The notes beneath the pieces were generated by a model that ran no database searches, was not told where the DNA came from, and saw only the letters and a list, made by a program, of their open reading frames with translations. From Clostridia bacterium (GTDB lineage: Bacteria; Bacillota; Clostridia; Christensenellales; CAG-138), in NCBI GenBank assembly GCA_017416425.1, contig JAFQCL010000036.1, forward strand, positions 10,782 to 74,781: DNA of 64,000 bases, read 5' to 3'. Both the position numbers and the translations under genes were made by a program. Below are positions 18,826 to 29,158 of this stretch, one piece after another; position 1 is the stretch's first letter; every line of letters starts with the position of its first letter.

Positions 18826-19509
18826 ATGACTACAAACATTACAGAGCTTCGCCCAAAGCAGCGCGAGATATTTGAGTTTATACGCTCATATGTAAACAGC
18901 CATCGCATTCCGCCTACAGTGCGCGAAATTGCTATTGCAGTAAACTTGCGCTCCACATCAACTGTACATATGCACCTTAAAGAGCTAAAGCGCAAAGGCT
19001 TCATCTATATGGAGAATAACAAGCAGCGCACTATCGTAATAGCCGATAATGTTGTAGATGAGCACAACAGAAACATTAAAGCTGCATCTGATCCTTTAAG
19101 CGATGCACAAAAGCATAGCGTTATGCCTGTTCCGCTTCTGGGTGATGTTGCGGCCGGAAACCCAATTATGGCGCTTGATGCCGTAAATGAAGTCCTAATA
19201 CTGCCGAATTCGCTTCTTCATGGAGCTTCAAAAGACGAAGTATTTCTTCTTAGCGTTAAAGGAGACAGTATGATCGATATCGGAATGTATGATGGCGATA
19301 TGATCCTTGTAAATACCGGTCTTTCATATAATGATGGTGATATAGTTGTTGCCCGAGTTGAGGGCGAAACAGCAACTGTAAAGCGTATATATAGACAACA
19401 GAGCTGTGTACGACTTCAGCCTGAGAATTCAACCATGGATCCCATAATTGTGGATTATTCAGCAGTAGAAGTTGTAGGTAAGGTCATAAGCCTTATAAGA
19501 AAATATTGA
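18826..19509 (+). CDS. lexA: LexA repressor
   Basis: N-terminal wHTH (LRPKQREIFEFIRSYV...PPTVREIA). Cleavage site VAAGNP. Ser/Lys dyad in GDSM and TVKRI. Confidence 0.9.
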   Translation: MTTNITELRPKQREIFEFIRSYVNSHRIPPTVREIAIAVNLRSTSTVHMHLKELKRKGFIYMENNKQRTIVIADNVVDEHNRNIKAASDPLSDAQKHSVMPVPLLGDVAAGNPIMALDAVNEVLILPNSLLHGASKDEVFLLSVKGDSMIDIGMYDGDMILVNTGLSYNDGDIVVARVEGETATVKRIYRQQSCVRLQPENSTMDPIIVDYSAVEVVGKVISLIRKY

Positions 19510-19533
19510 TAAATAGCCATTTCCTGGGGAAGC

Positions 19534-20817
19534 TCAATTATGGAGGCTTCCCCCTTCTATCGAGTTCAGTGCCTCCATTACGGCTATTTTCCCATGAGAA
19601 TAAGTGAGAGCGCCTTGAATATATGCCGTATAGGGCTTGCATATCGGAGCGTCGGCGCTTAGCTCTATGGAGGCACCCTGTACAAACGTTCCCGCTGCCA
19701 TTATTACCTTATCCGCATAGCCCGGCATTTCCCAGGGCTCAGGCGATACAAAACTATCGACAGGCGATACGCTCTGGATTCTCTGTATAAACGATATGAG
19801 GGCTTTATCATTCGGAAAACGTAGTGCCTGAACGATATCCGACCTTCTTGCGGTTGAGGCTGGCATTGTATTTAGTCCAAACTCTTCAAAAACACCTGCG
19901 AATAATACTGCTGTTTTAAGCGCCTGGATCGTAACATGCGGCGCAAGGAATATTCCTTGATAAAAGGGTGCATATGAACTTGCATAGGAACCTACCTCTT
20001 TTCCGATTCCGGGAACTGTAAGCCTAAACGCAATTTCTTCGATAAGCTCACGCCGTCCGCAGATATAACCTCCAGTAGGCGCAATGCCTCCTCCCGGATT
20101 TTTTATAAGCGAGCCAACGATCACGTCCGCTCCATGTGTGGTAGGCTCGTCTATACAGGTGAATTCACCATAGCAGTTATCTACAACAACGACTGCATCT
20201 TTACTAGTGCCATGTACAAGCTCAATAGCAGCTCTCATTTCTTCAGGCAAGAGTGCGTTTCGCCATGAATAGCCTCTTGAGCGCTGTATATAGACAACTC
20301 TTAAGTTAGAATCATTTAAAAGAGCGGCCTTAAGAGCATTCAGGTCTATTTTATTATCAGAGTCAAGCTCGATCTGTGAATATGAGACACCCAAGCTGGT
20401 TAGTGAAGATGCTATCTCCCCTGTTATCCCGATAGCATCAAGTAGCGTATCATATGGCGCTCCGGTAATCGATAGCATAGAATTTCCAGGCTTCAAAAGA
20501 CCGGCAAGAGCAGTAAAGATCGCATGAGTTCCCGAGACGATCTGCGGCCTTACTATCGCGTCTTGGGTCTCAAACACACGCGCAAACACCCTATCAAGCG
20601 AATCTCTGCCAATATCATCATAGCCATAGCCGTAGGACGGCATAAAAAGACGTGTGCTTACTCTTTCCTCACGAAACGCATTCAGCACTTTCAGTTGATT
20701 AGCGTTTTCAATTGTGTCAAGCTGCTCAAATACAGGCGCAAGCTTTTTTTCAACCCTTGAAACTATTGCTTGTACTTTATCAAAAGTATTGTTTAAAAAA
20801 TCCATGGATGTGACCAT
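19534..20817 (-). CDS. methionine gamma-lyase-family PLP enzyme (YnbB / aluminium-resistance-protein family)
   Basis: 427 aa. It has family-typical N-terminal helices (QLKVLNAFREERVS...GYGYDDIGRD) and the conserved position after miaA. The start is ATG 20817 or the in-frame ATG 20805. Confidence 0.75.
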   Translation of the reverse strand: MVTSMDFLNNTFDKVQAIVSRVEKKLAPVFEQLDTIENANQLKVLNAFREERVSTRLFMPSYGYGYDDIGRDSLDRVFARVFETQDAIVRPQIVSGTHAIFTALAGLLKPGNSMLSITGAPYDTLLDAIGITGEIASSLTSLGVSYSQIELDSDNKIDLNALKAALLNDSNLRVVYIQRSRGYSWRNALLPEEMRAAIELVHGTSKDAVVVVDNCYGEFTCIDEPTTHGADVIVGSLIKNPGGGIAPTGGYICGRRELIEEIAFRLTVPGIGKEVGSYASSYAPFYQGIFLAPHVTIQALKTAVLFAGVFEEFGLNTMPASTARRSDIVQALRFPNDKALISFIQRIQSVSPVDSFVSPEPWEMPGYADKVIMAAGTFVQGASIELSADAPICKPYTAYIQGALTYSHGKIAVMEALNSIEGGSLHN

Positions 20818-20888
20818 AACTTTCGTATAACGAAAGTCTCCTTTCTTGTGGGGTTGGGACCGGTTTTGTGCGAACGCAAAACAGCCGG
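20811..20888 (-). promoter_or_regulatory. structured leader module, copy 1 (miaA-ynbB spacer)
   Basis: The minus strand reads hairpin CCGG..GUUUUG..CAAAAC..CGG (20860..20888), then CCACAAGAAAGGAGAC, then the 8-bp hairpin ACUUUCGU-UAU-ACGAAAGU (20819..20837), then U-AUG. The 41-nt core is 38/41 identical to 57237..57277. Confidence 0.5.
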
Positions 20889-20917
20889 TAGGCGTTAAAA
20901 GTCATAAATTTAAGATA

Positions 20918-21892
20918 TTACTCGGTTTGACGACTGTTCTCATAATACGCACGCTCTATATAGGCAGCCGCATCGCTAAAAAAATCTTCATTAGCTGCAT
21001 ATTGCGTAACATCAAACCAGCGTATTCTTGTGTCACGTTTAAACCAGGTGATCTGGCGCTTTGCATAGCGCCTGCTTTCCATTTTTATCAATTCGATTGC
21101 GTCATCAATAGTGCAGTTGCCATCAAAATAATCAAAAAGCTGTTTGCAGCCAAGAGCCTTTACGGCAGGAAGGCTTCGATCAAGCTTCATATCATACAGC
21201 ACCTTTATTTCATCTAGGAGACCGTTTTTTAGCATAATATCGACTCTCTGCTCTATGCGCGAATAGAGCAGCTCTCTTGGCATAGTTATCCCAAGCATTA
21301 TAGGATCATAATCGCATTCTCGTGCTTCACCGTTAACAAAATCTCCACCATAATCTGATATTGGTCGGCCAGATGCCTCAAATACCTCAAGGGCTCTTAT
21401 GATACGCTTGGTATCATTTGGATGCAGGCGCTGTGCCGCTTTGGGATCACAATCCCGAAGCAGTTTATAAAGCGAACCCGGATTATCCTTTTCAAGTAAC
21501 GCCAAAGATTCACGAAGATCGCAGTTTGGTTCTACAGAGGTAAACGACAAGGGATAGGATAGTGCGTTTATGTATAGTCCTGTACCCCCAACGACAATCG
21601 GTATCTTGTCGCGCAAGATTATCTCGTTTATGAAGCCATCTGTCATTTTTTTATATTCTGCCACATTAAAGCTTCGGGAGGTCACGCTTTCTATACTTAG
21701 CATATAATGTGGTATGCCTTGCATCTCTTCCTTCGTGGGTTTTGCGGAGCATATATTGAGTTCCCTATATATCTGCATTGAATCAGCAGATATTATTTCA
21801 CCACAGAGTTTCTTTGCCACATGTATAGAAAGAGCTGTTTTTCCACTGGCGGTTGGACCTACAATCATAGGAAGCCTAACTTTTTTATTCAT
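20918..21892 (-). CDS. miaA: tRNA dimethylallyltransferase
   Basis: P-loop GPTASGKT, then SADSMQIYRELNI and VGGTGLY. Confidence 0.9.
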   Translation of the reverse strand: MNKKVRLPMIVGPTASGKTALSIHVAKKLCGEIISADSMQIYRELNICSAKPTKEEMQGIPHYMLSIESVTSRSFNVAEYKKMTDGFINEIILRDKIPIVVGGTGLYINALSYPLSFTSVEPNCDLRESLALLEKDNPGSLYKLLRDCDPKAAQRLHPNDTKRIIRALEVFEASGRPISDYGGDFVNGEARECDYDPIMLGITMPRELLYSRIEQRVDIMLKNGLLDEIKVLYDMKLDRSLPAVKALGCKQLFDYFDGNCTIDDAIELIKMESRRYAKRQITWFKRDTRIRWFDVTQYAANEDFFSDAAAYIERAYYENSRQTE

Positions 21893-23880
21893 ACTATTCT
21901 CCCAAATAATTTTTCAATCTCACTCCGTTTTATCCGCACAAGCACAGGCCTTCCGTGGGGACATGTAAGCGGAGCTCCGTCGGCGGCAAAATAGTCAAGC
22001 AAGACCCGTATTTCCGCTTCATCAATATGCTGACCACCCTTAACCGCACTCTTGCATGCCATCTGTATAAGCTTCTCCTTGATAAGCTCTTTTTTGTATA
22101 GCTTATGGCGGCTCGATATAAGCGCGATGGCGCTATGCAAAAAATCAACCGTTTCGGCTCTATTAAATATGTAAGGTACCGCCCGTATACCTATGCTCAA
22201 GGCTCCCAGTTCTTCGATATCAAAACCAAGTTCTGAAAATAGCTCAAAGTTAGAAAACAATTGTGCATGTTCTTGTGCGCTTACTGTTACAGAGAGCGGC
22301 AAGAGAAGTATCTGAGAACGGCTGCTTATAGGCTTATTTATATACTCCTCATAGAGCTTGCGTTCATGTGCCGCATGATGATCTATATAAAACAGATCAG
22401 TCCCCTGCTCTACGATCCAATAGGTTTCAAAAACACAGCCAATTATATTAAAAGGCTCGTTTTTGATAAGTTTAACAGGAACCTTGGCCAGTATATCTAT
22501 ATTAGGCAAGCTCTCATCAATGGGTGCTTTTATTATAGGAAGCACATCTGCTTTGTTGGCATCTTTTTTATCATCGATGTCTTTTTGAACCGTTTTGATG
22601 TGATCCGCTTCCACCAAAGCTTTGCTGTCATGATCCGTATCATTATCTGAAGGAGCCTCTGCTATCCTTTCCTTTTGGGACAAGGCTTTTGAAGCGGCAG
22701 TATATCCGGCTAAATACTCATGCGTGCTATGTGAAGCGTCAGGTGTTTTCGCACTTGAAGCAATAGGAGGGTTATATTCCCGCTTAACGTCCGATAAAGC
22801 TGTGCTATCAGTGGGATATGTAGATCTTATTATCAATTCATACGAGCCTATGTTTTGCGGTGTATTACCTAGTCCATTATTGGGTTCAAACTGCATTCCT
22901 GTAAGCGTTTTATAAACAGCTTTACTTAAGCACAACAAAACACGCTCCTCATTTTTAAATCGAACATCCAGCTTATTTGGATGCACATTTACGTCAACCT
23001 CACTGCTGGATATCTTTATATGAGCTACGGCAAAAGGAAATCGCCCCTTCATAAGTCTTGTATCATAGGCCTGCTGGAGCGCGTATGAAAGACGCTGCGA
23101 TTTTATATAGCGCCTGTTCAGATAAAAGGACTGTCTGTTTCTTGTAGGATGCGCAAGAGTCTCTATTCCTACATAGCCTGTTATGTTTATATAGCCATCA
23201 TCATAATCGATAGCTTTCAAGCCCGACAGCACCTCGCTTCCATAAACCGTATATATAGCGTTTTTAAGGATCCCATCGCCCAAGCTTTGATATACAAGTT
23301 TATCAGCTGCTTTTAGCTTAATGGAAACATCAGGACGACACATAATAAGTCTTGCCACATAATCGCCTATATAACCGGCTTCTGCCTTTGTTGACTTTAG
23401 GAATTTAAGCCTTGCAGGAGTATTGTAAAAAAGGTCGCGCATTTCAATTGCCGTTCCATCCGGACAGCCACATGGCTCATGACGCAGGAGTTTGCCACCA
23501 TGTATCTCAACAAGCGTTCCAATATCAGAACCTCTCTCTCGTGTTCGCATTATAACTTTAGATACGGCAGCAATGGAAGCAAGAGCCTCACCACGAAAAC
23601 CAAGCGTTTCTATAGTCATAAGGTCCTGCGTGCTTACAATCTTACTGGTTGCGTGTCTTTCAAAAGCAAGTATGGACTCATCAAAGGGAATACCGCAGCC
23701 ATTGTCCGATATCCTTATAAGCTCGGTTCCTCCACCCGCTATCTCTATCGATATAGAGGTAGCTCCCGCATCCAATGAATTTTCTACAAGCTCCTTTACA
23801 ATGGATGCCGGCCTTTCAATTACTTCACCTGCAGCTATCTGGTTTGATACGAGTTCGCTAAGTATAGTTATCTTTGCCAT
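21889..23880 (-). CDS. mutL: DNA mismatch repair protein MutL
   Basis: GHKL ATPase motifs ELVENSLDAGAT, DNGCGI, GFRGEALASI. ATG 23880 (MAKITIL) lies 1 nt after the mutS stop. The longer track start at 23913 would overlap mutS. Confidence 0.9.
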   Translation of the reverse strand: MAKITILSELVSNQIAAGEVIERPASIVKELVENSLDAGATSISIEIAGGGTELIRISDNGCGIPFDESILAFERHATSKIVSTQDLMTIETLGFRGEALASIAAVSKVIMRTRERGSDIGTLVEIHGGKLLRHEPCGCPDGTAIEMRDLFYNTPARLKFLKSTKAEAGYIGDYVARLIMCRPDVSIKLKAADKLVYQSLGDGILKNAIYTVYGSEVLSGLKAIDYDDGYINITGYVGIETLAHPTRNRQSFYLNRRYIKSQRLSYALQQAYDTRLMKGRFPFAVAHIKISSSEVDVNVHPNKLDVRFKNEERVLLCLSKAVYKTLTGMQFEPNNGLGNTPQNIGSYELIIRSTYPTDSTALSDVKREYNPPIASSAKTPDASHSTHEYLAGYTAASKALSQKERIAEAPSDNDTDHDSKALVEADHIKTVQKDIDDKKDANKADVLPIIKAPIDESLPNIDILAKVPVKLIKNEPFNIIGCVFETYWIVEQGTDLFYIDHHAAHERKLYEEYINKPISSRSQILLLPLSVTVSAQEHAQLFSNFELFSELGFDIEELGALSIGIRAVPYIFNRAETVDFLHSAIALISSRHKLYKKELIKEKLIQMACKSAVKGGQHIDEAEIRVLLDYFAADGAPLTCPHGRPVLVRIKRSEIEKLFGRIV

Positions 23881-23881
23881 A

Positions 23882-26464
23882 TTACTGCTCCTTAGTGATT
23901 CCGCAAAGTTCATGTATGAGTATCATAGCCTCGATCGGTGTTATCCTGTTGGGATCTACCGATTCAAGGCGAGCCATAAGCTTTTCACCTATACGTTGAT
24001 CATCGCTTATAGCCGCTATCTCAAACTGCGCATCCATCGCATTTGAATTTATGTCGGATTGCTCAAGCCGCGTAAGTATTTCTTTAGCTCGCTTAAGCAC
24101 ACGCCCGGGAAGCCCTGCCAGCTTTGCAACTTGAATCCCAAAGCTCTTATCGGCGCTTCCTCGCACGATCTTTCTTAAAAAGATGATATTATCTTCCGAT
24201 TCCTTTACAGCGACTCTATAATTTTTTACACCTTGCAGCACGCCCTCAAGCTCTGTAAGCTCATGATAATGGGTAGCAAACAGGGTCTTACTCCGGGTTA
24301 TTGAGGAAGTGTATTCCAAAACAGACCAAGCAATGCTAAGACCGTCAAAGGTGCTTGTACCACGCCCTATTTCATCAAATACTATAAGGCTGCGTGAAGT
24401 TGCGTTATTTAGTATGTTTGCAACTTCGCTCATCTCCACCATAAATGTACTTTGACCCGTTGATAAGCTATCCGAAGCACCTATCCGAGTAAAAACTCTA
24501 TCAACTATGCATATATCCGCTCTGCTCGCAGGTACGAATGAGCCCATGTGTGCCATAAGCACTATAAGCGCGGTTTGACGCATATAGGTGCTTTTGCCCG
24601 CCATATTGGGTCCTGTAATTATAAGGAGGCGATTATCAGCTTCATCCATCTCGGTATCATTTGATACGAATCCATCGCATTGCCTTGAAGCCTCTACGAT
24701 AGGATGCCTACCGCCCTTTATAGAGATGATATTATTATCATTTATAGAGGGTCGCACATAGTTGTATTTTGCGGCAAGAGTAGCCAGCGAGCAATATATG
24801 TCTATTGCGGCTATTATACCAGACATGTCCTTGAGCCTTTCGACACAGGAGATGAGAGTATTTCTGATGCCAATAAATAGGTTATATTCCAAGGCCATAC
24901 ACTTTTCTTCCGCACCTAGTATTTTTTCCTCCAGTTCTTTTAGCGCGGGAAATGTATAGCGCTCAGCATTTGCAACCGTTTGCTTTCGCTCATAGTAATA
25001 AGGTATAACTCCCGAATAGGATTTACTTACCTCAGCATAGTATCCGAATATTCTGTTATATTTAAACTTAAGATTCTTTATGCCGCTGCTCTCACGTTCT
25101 TCGGCTTCAAGCTTTATGACCCAGTCACGACCATTTTCGGATATATATCTTAGCTCATCTACTTCGCTTGAATAGCCTTTGCGTATTATACCGCCCTCTT
25201 TCAGGGTGGTAGAAGGATCATCACATATGGCCTTACTCAAAAGCTCATATATATCCGAAAGTGTATCAAAGCGCTTTGCTATACTCACTATCGGTTTTGA
25301 GCGTAAAGAAGCTATAGCATCATATATGTCCGGGAACACAGCCAGGGAGCGAGCAATAGAAAGGCATTCCTTTGGATTTATAGTGCCATAGGCGATCTTA
25401 CTGCATAACCTCTCTATGTCGCATATTTTAGAAAGAGACCTTTTCAAATTATCACGCACTATCACATTGTCCATAAGCTCTTGGGTAGCGTCAAGACGCT
25501 TATTTATCGCCTTAGCATCAGTGAGCGGTTGCTCTATGCATGTTCTAAGCAAACGTCCTCCCATTGAGGTGTTTGTATAGTCCATATGACCAAAAAGCGT
25601 ATGTGCCTTGTTGCCGTCATATCTTAGCGGGCGAGTCAATTCAAGGTTTTGTCTTGTTGCTTTATCCATTATGACATACTGCTTGCGCTCATATGGAGTT
25701 AGCTTTAAAATATGTTTCAGCGCATTTTTTTGCGTATCCTCAAGGTAGTATAAAAGTGCGCCGGCTGCGTTTATGCCTGCATTGCCGGCATTATCAAAGC
25801 CGAAGCCGCTAAGGGTCGCAACACCAAAATGCTCCGTTAAGCATCTATAAGCCGTACTATATACAAAATGAGAGTCAGCAATTACCTGCACAAGTATGTT
25901 AGTATCATAGACGTATTGCTGTGCAGCTTTGTTAACTATGATCTCACGCGGATGTATCCTTGCAAGCTCATCCAGAAGCTGATCGGCGGCATAATTACCG
26001 ATCAGCTCAAATGCGTGAAAATCTCCAGTAGATATATCGCAATACGCAATACCAAATACTCCTCCTAAGAATGATACGGACGTAATAAAGCTATTAGCTT
26101 TATTATCAAGCATAGACTCTTCTATCACGGTTCCGGGAGTAAAAACACGCACAACATCGCGCTCAACAAGCCCTTTTCCGGCTTTTGGCTCTGTGAGCTG
26201 CTCGCACAGCGCAACTTTATACCCTTGTTTTATCAGCTTATTTATATAACCATCAACCGAATGATACGGCACACCGCACATAGGCGCCCTATGCTCAAGA
26301 CCACAGTCTCTTGCAGTCAATACGATGCCGAGTTTAGAAGAAGCAAGCTCTGCATCCTCAAAAAACATCTCGTAAAAGTCTCCAAGGCGCATCATTAATA
26401 TGCAGTCCTTGTATTTCTCTTTAAGATCGAGATATTGCTGCATAAGCGGCGTAAGCTTTGCCAT
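23882..26464 (-). CDS. mutS: DNA mismatch repair protein MutS
   Basis: 860 aa. Mismatch-binding motif RLGDFYEMF, Walker A GPNMAGKST, then STFMVEM, DEIGRGTST and ATHYHEL. Confidence 0.95.
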   Translation of the reverse strand: MAKLTPLMQQYLDLKEKYKDCILMMRLGDFYEMFFEDAELASSKLGIVLTARDCGLEHRAPMCGVPYHSVDGYINKLIKQGYKVALCEQLTEPKAGKGLVERDVVRVFTPGTVIEESMLDNKANSFITSVSFLGGVFGIAYCDISTGDFHAFELIGNYAADQLLDELARIHPREIIVNKAAQQYVYDTNILVQVIADSHFVYSTAYRCLTEHFGVATLSGFGFDNAGNAGINAAGALLYYLEDTQKNALKHILKLTPYERKQYVIMDKATRQNLELTRPLRYDGNKAHTLFGHMDYTNTSMGGRLLRTCIEQPLTDAKAINKRLDATQELMDNVIVRDNLKRSLSKICDIERLCSKIAYGTINPKECLSIARSLAVFPDIYDAIASLRSKPIVSIAKRFDTLSDIYELLSKAICDDPSTTLKEGGIIRKGYSSEVDELRYISENGRDWVIKLEAEERESSGIKNLKFKYNRIFGYYAEVSKSYSGVIPYYYERKQTVANAERYTFPALKELEEKILGAEEKCMALEYNLFIGIRNTLISCVERLKDMSGIIAAIDIYCSLATLAAKYNYVRPSINDNNIISIKGGRHPIVEASRQCDGFVSNDTEMDEADNRLLIITGPNMAGKSTYMRQTALIVLMAHMGSFVPASRADICIVDRVFTRIGASDSLSTGQSTFMVEMSEVANILNNATSRSLIVFDEIGRGTSTFDGLSIAWSVLEYTSSITRSKTLFATHYHELTELEGVLQGVKNYRVAVKESEDNIIFLRKIVRGSADKSFGIQVAKLAGLPGRVLKRAKEILTRLEQSDINSNAMDAQFEIAAISDDQRIGEKLMARLESVDPNRITPIEAMILIHELCGITKEQ

Positions 26465-26495
26465 AAAGTCCTCCTAAATCAGTAACAAGGTACAT

Positions 26496-27896
26496 TTACT
26501 TCACCATTTGCCCAACAAGCGAAGTATTGAGTGTATCTATGATCTTTACGTGTATCATTTTACCTATAAGGCTCTCGTCTCCGGGGAAAAACACCGTTCT
26601 AAAACCATTCATCTTGCCATAAACCATCATGCCGCCCGGCTTTTGATCACAACCTTCCACAAGCACTTCACCGATTTTATTGATATAATTTTTGGAAGCT
26701 ATCGAAAGCTTAGAGGCAACTTTTGCATTTAGCGCGTGCAGGCGCTCTTTTTTTATTTCAGGAGGTATCTGATCCGGTATTTTTGCTGCAATAGTACCCT
26801 CTCTTTGCGAATACATAAACGTATATGCTGCGCAATAGCCTACTTCATCAACAAGAGAAATAGTATCCTCAAAGTCGGCGTCTGTTTCGCCAGGGAACCC
26901 GACTATTATATCAGTCGTAATGTCAATGTCAGGCATATTAGCTCTCAGCTTGTCGATAAGTCTCAGGTAATCCTCACGCGTATAACGACGATTCATTTCA
27001 CGTAATATCCTGCTGCTTCCGGATTGCACAGGAAGATGGATATGGTGACACACCTTATCAAGATCACGCATCGCGTATATCAGTTCATCGGAAAGATCCT
27101 TAGGATGCGATGTCATAAAGCGTATGCGCTTGACACCGTCTATATCGTTTACAAGAGCAAGGAGCCCTGGAAATTTAATTCCGCTATCGGGCGCATTGTA
27201 TGAATTTACATTTTGACCTAAGAGCGTTATCTCCAAATAACCAGCAGCAGCAAGCTTTTTTACTTCGCCAACTATATTTTCGGCACTCCTTGAGCGCTCA
27301 CGGCCTCGTACATACGGTACAATGCAATATGTACAGAAATTATTACATCCAAACATTATATTAACGTTGGTGGAAAAAGTGCTGTTTCGCATTATAGGCA
27401 GATCTTCAGCTATATCGGCATCACTGCCGCTTATTCTAAACACATGATCGCCGGAAAGTACACTTTCCAGCATTTCAGGAAGTCTAAAAAGCTCGTGAGT
27501 GCCAAATATTAAGTCGACAAAAGGATAACGTTTGCTTAGCTTTTTTGCTACCTGCTCCTGCTGCATCATACAACCGCACACACCTATTATGAGAAAGGGC
27601 TTTTCATCCTTCAGAGCCTTTAAAGCTCCTACGTTTCCAAAAACGCGAAGCTCCGCATGCTCTCTAACGCAGCATGTATTGAATATGATTATATCGGCAT
27701 CGTTTTTGCTGTCTGCCGGCCTATAGCCTGCTTCATTTAGCATTCCGGCTATGCGTTCCGAGTCATGGTTATTCATCTGGCATCCATATGACTCAATGTG
27801 ATAACGATAGTCATGTCCATAATTAGCATCATATATACTTTTCAATATGCTTTTTTGACGTAGAAGCTCTGCTTTGCTTACCTCGTGTTTTAACAT
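26496..27896 (-). CDS. miaB: tRNA-i6A37 methylthiotransferase
   Basis: N-terminal UPF0004 region YGCQMN...NTCCVRE. Radical-SAM cluster CNNFCTYCIVP. C-terminal TRAM domain. Confidence 0.9.
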   Translation of the reverse strand: MLKHEVSKAELLRQKSILKSIYDANYGHDYRYHIESYGCQMNNHDSERIAGMLNEAGYRPADSKNDADIIIFNTCCVREHAELRVFGNVGALKALKDEKPFLIIGVCGCMMQQEQVAKKLSKRYPFVDLIFGTHELFRLPEMLESVLSGDHVFRISGSDADIAEDLPIMRNSTFSTNVNIMFGCNNFCTYCIVPYVRGRERSRSAENIVGEVKKLAAAGYLEITLLGQNVNSYNAPDSGIKFPGLLALVNDIDGVKRIRFMTSHPKDLSDELIYAMRDLDKVCHHIHLPVQSGSSRILREMNRRYTREDYLRLIDKLRANMPDIDITTDIIVGFPGETDADFEDTISLVDEVGYCAAYTFMYSQREGTIAAKIPDQIPPEIKKERLHALNAKVASKLSIASKNYINKIGEVLVEGCDQKPGGMMVYGKMNGFRTVFFPGDESLIGKMIHVKIIDTLNTSLVGQMVK

Positions 27897-27992
27897 TTAA
27901 AAATCCTCACAGTTTTTCTTTACACGAATTATACCTTTTTTTGCGATCGATGGCAATATGGCTTTTAGCAGCTTATCTTTTGGAAAGCTTAT

Positions 27993-28017
27993 TATAAAAG
28001 CCGGCATTTGCCGGCTC
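27993..28017 (-). terminator. intrinsic terminator after ispDF
   Basis: The minus strand reads AGCCGGC-AAAT-GCCGGCT followed by TTTTAT. Confidence 0.65.
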
Positions 28018-28021
28018 TTTG

Positions 28022-29158
28022 TCATATGTCAAGCTTATAAAGAAGCGCTACCGCTCTTGCGGTCAAAGCTTCCAGGCGACCCTCAGGTCCCGTATGTTCG
28101 GGGGTAGTAGCCTTAACGCTTACGCACTCCATCGGAATATTGATCGCATTAGATAAGTTTTCTCTCATAATCTCAATAAATGGAGAAAGCTTTGGCTCCT
28201 GCGCTATTATCGTGATATCTATATTCAAAATTTGCCACTTCTTCCCTAGAATTTCATCTACAGTATGCCTTAAAAGCAATACAGATGAAGCTCCTCTATA
28301 TTTCTCGTCTTTATCGGGGAAGTGATATCCGATATCACCAAGAGCGGATGCTCCAAGCAGAGCGTCTATTACGGCATGTATCGGGGCATCCGCATCAGAA
28401 TGACCTATAAGTCCCATGCTATAGGGAATGGTTACACCGCAAAGTATCAGATCGCGCTCCTGTGCATATCGATGAGTATCTTCACCATGACCTATCCTAA
28501 GGTTTCTAGGGCTAAAGATCAGCCTTTGAAAAAGCTCGGTATCCGACCTGTATGTAAGCTTTTGATTCATAATATTTCCCTCAACAAAGTGTGGTGTCAT
28601 GCCCATCAAAGTAAAAGCTGTGCAATCATCCGTTGGAAGAGTATCCGCATATTTTTGATATGCAGATAGTATATCCCTATAGCGAAACGCCTGAGGGGTT
28701 TGGGTCATCACAAAACGGCTTCTATCGACATTTGTGTTATTGACTGTATCCCATAAAGTATCGCGACAGCGTATAGCCGGTATACCGCTTCCATGCTCTA
28801 TCACACTTTCTATAATCCTATCAATCGTGTTCTGGTCTATAAGACAGCGTGCGGCATCATGAATAAGTACGATATCAGTTTCTTTGGGAAGCACTTTTAG
28901 CGCATTTAAAACAGATTCCGCCCTCGTTTTACCACCCTTAACAAGTATTACTTTTGAATAGCTGCCTGTTTGTGACTGCACATAATCAATATTGCTGTCA
29001 GAGCACGCGATCGCTACGCTATCATACTTTAAAAAAGCATGCAAACAAATTGAAAGCGGCGTAGCACCGCCAAGTTCGAGTGTGGTTTTATCCATCCCGA
29101 ACCTTTCGCTACTGCCCGCCGCAAGTATAACTACCGAAATAAAATGCCGTTTTTTCAT
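28022..29158 (-). CDS. ispDF: bifunctional MEP cytidylyltransferase / MEcPP synthase
   Basis: N-terminal IspD region (VILAAGSSERFG). C-terminal IspF region (RIGHGEDTHR, GHSDADAPIHA). Confidence 0.9.
   Translation of the reverse strand: MKKRHFISVVILAAGSSERFGMDKTTLELGGATPLSICLHAFLKYDSVAIACSDSNIDYVQSQTGSYSKVILVKGGKTRAESVLNALKVLPKETDIVLIHDAARCLIDQNTIDRIIESVIEHGSGIPAIRCRDTLWDTVNNTNVDRSRFVMTQTPQAFRYRDILSAYQKYADTLPTDDCTAFTLMGMTPHFVEGNIMNQKLTYRSDTELFQRLIFSPRNLRIGHGEDTHRYAQERDLILCGVTIPYSMGLIGHSDADAPIHAVIDALLGASALGDIGYHFPDKDEKYRGASSVLLLRHTVDEILGKKWQILNIDITIIAQEPKLSPFIEIMRENLSNAINIPMECVSVKATTPEHTGPEGRLEALTARAVALLYKLDI

Noticed and set aside
19526-19553. Bidirectional terminator between convergent lexA and the ynbB-like gene (GGGGAAGC...GCTTCCCC)
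   Set aside because: Its 3' arm lies inside the ynbB-like coding end, and neither strand has a U-tail after the stem. I did not call it as a feature.
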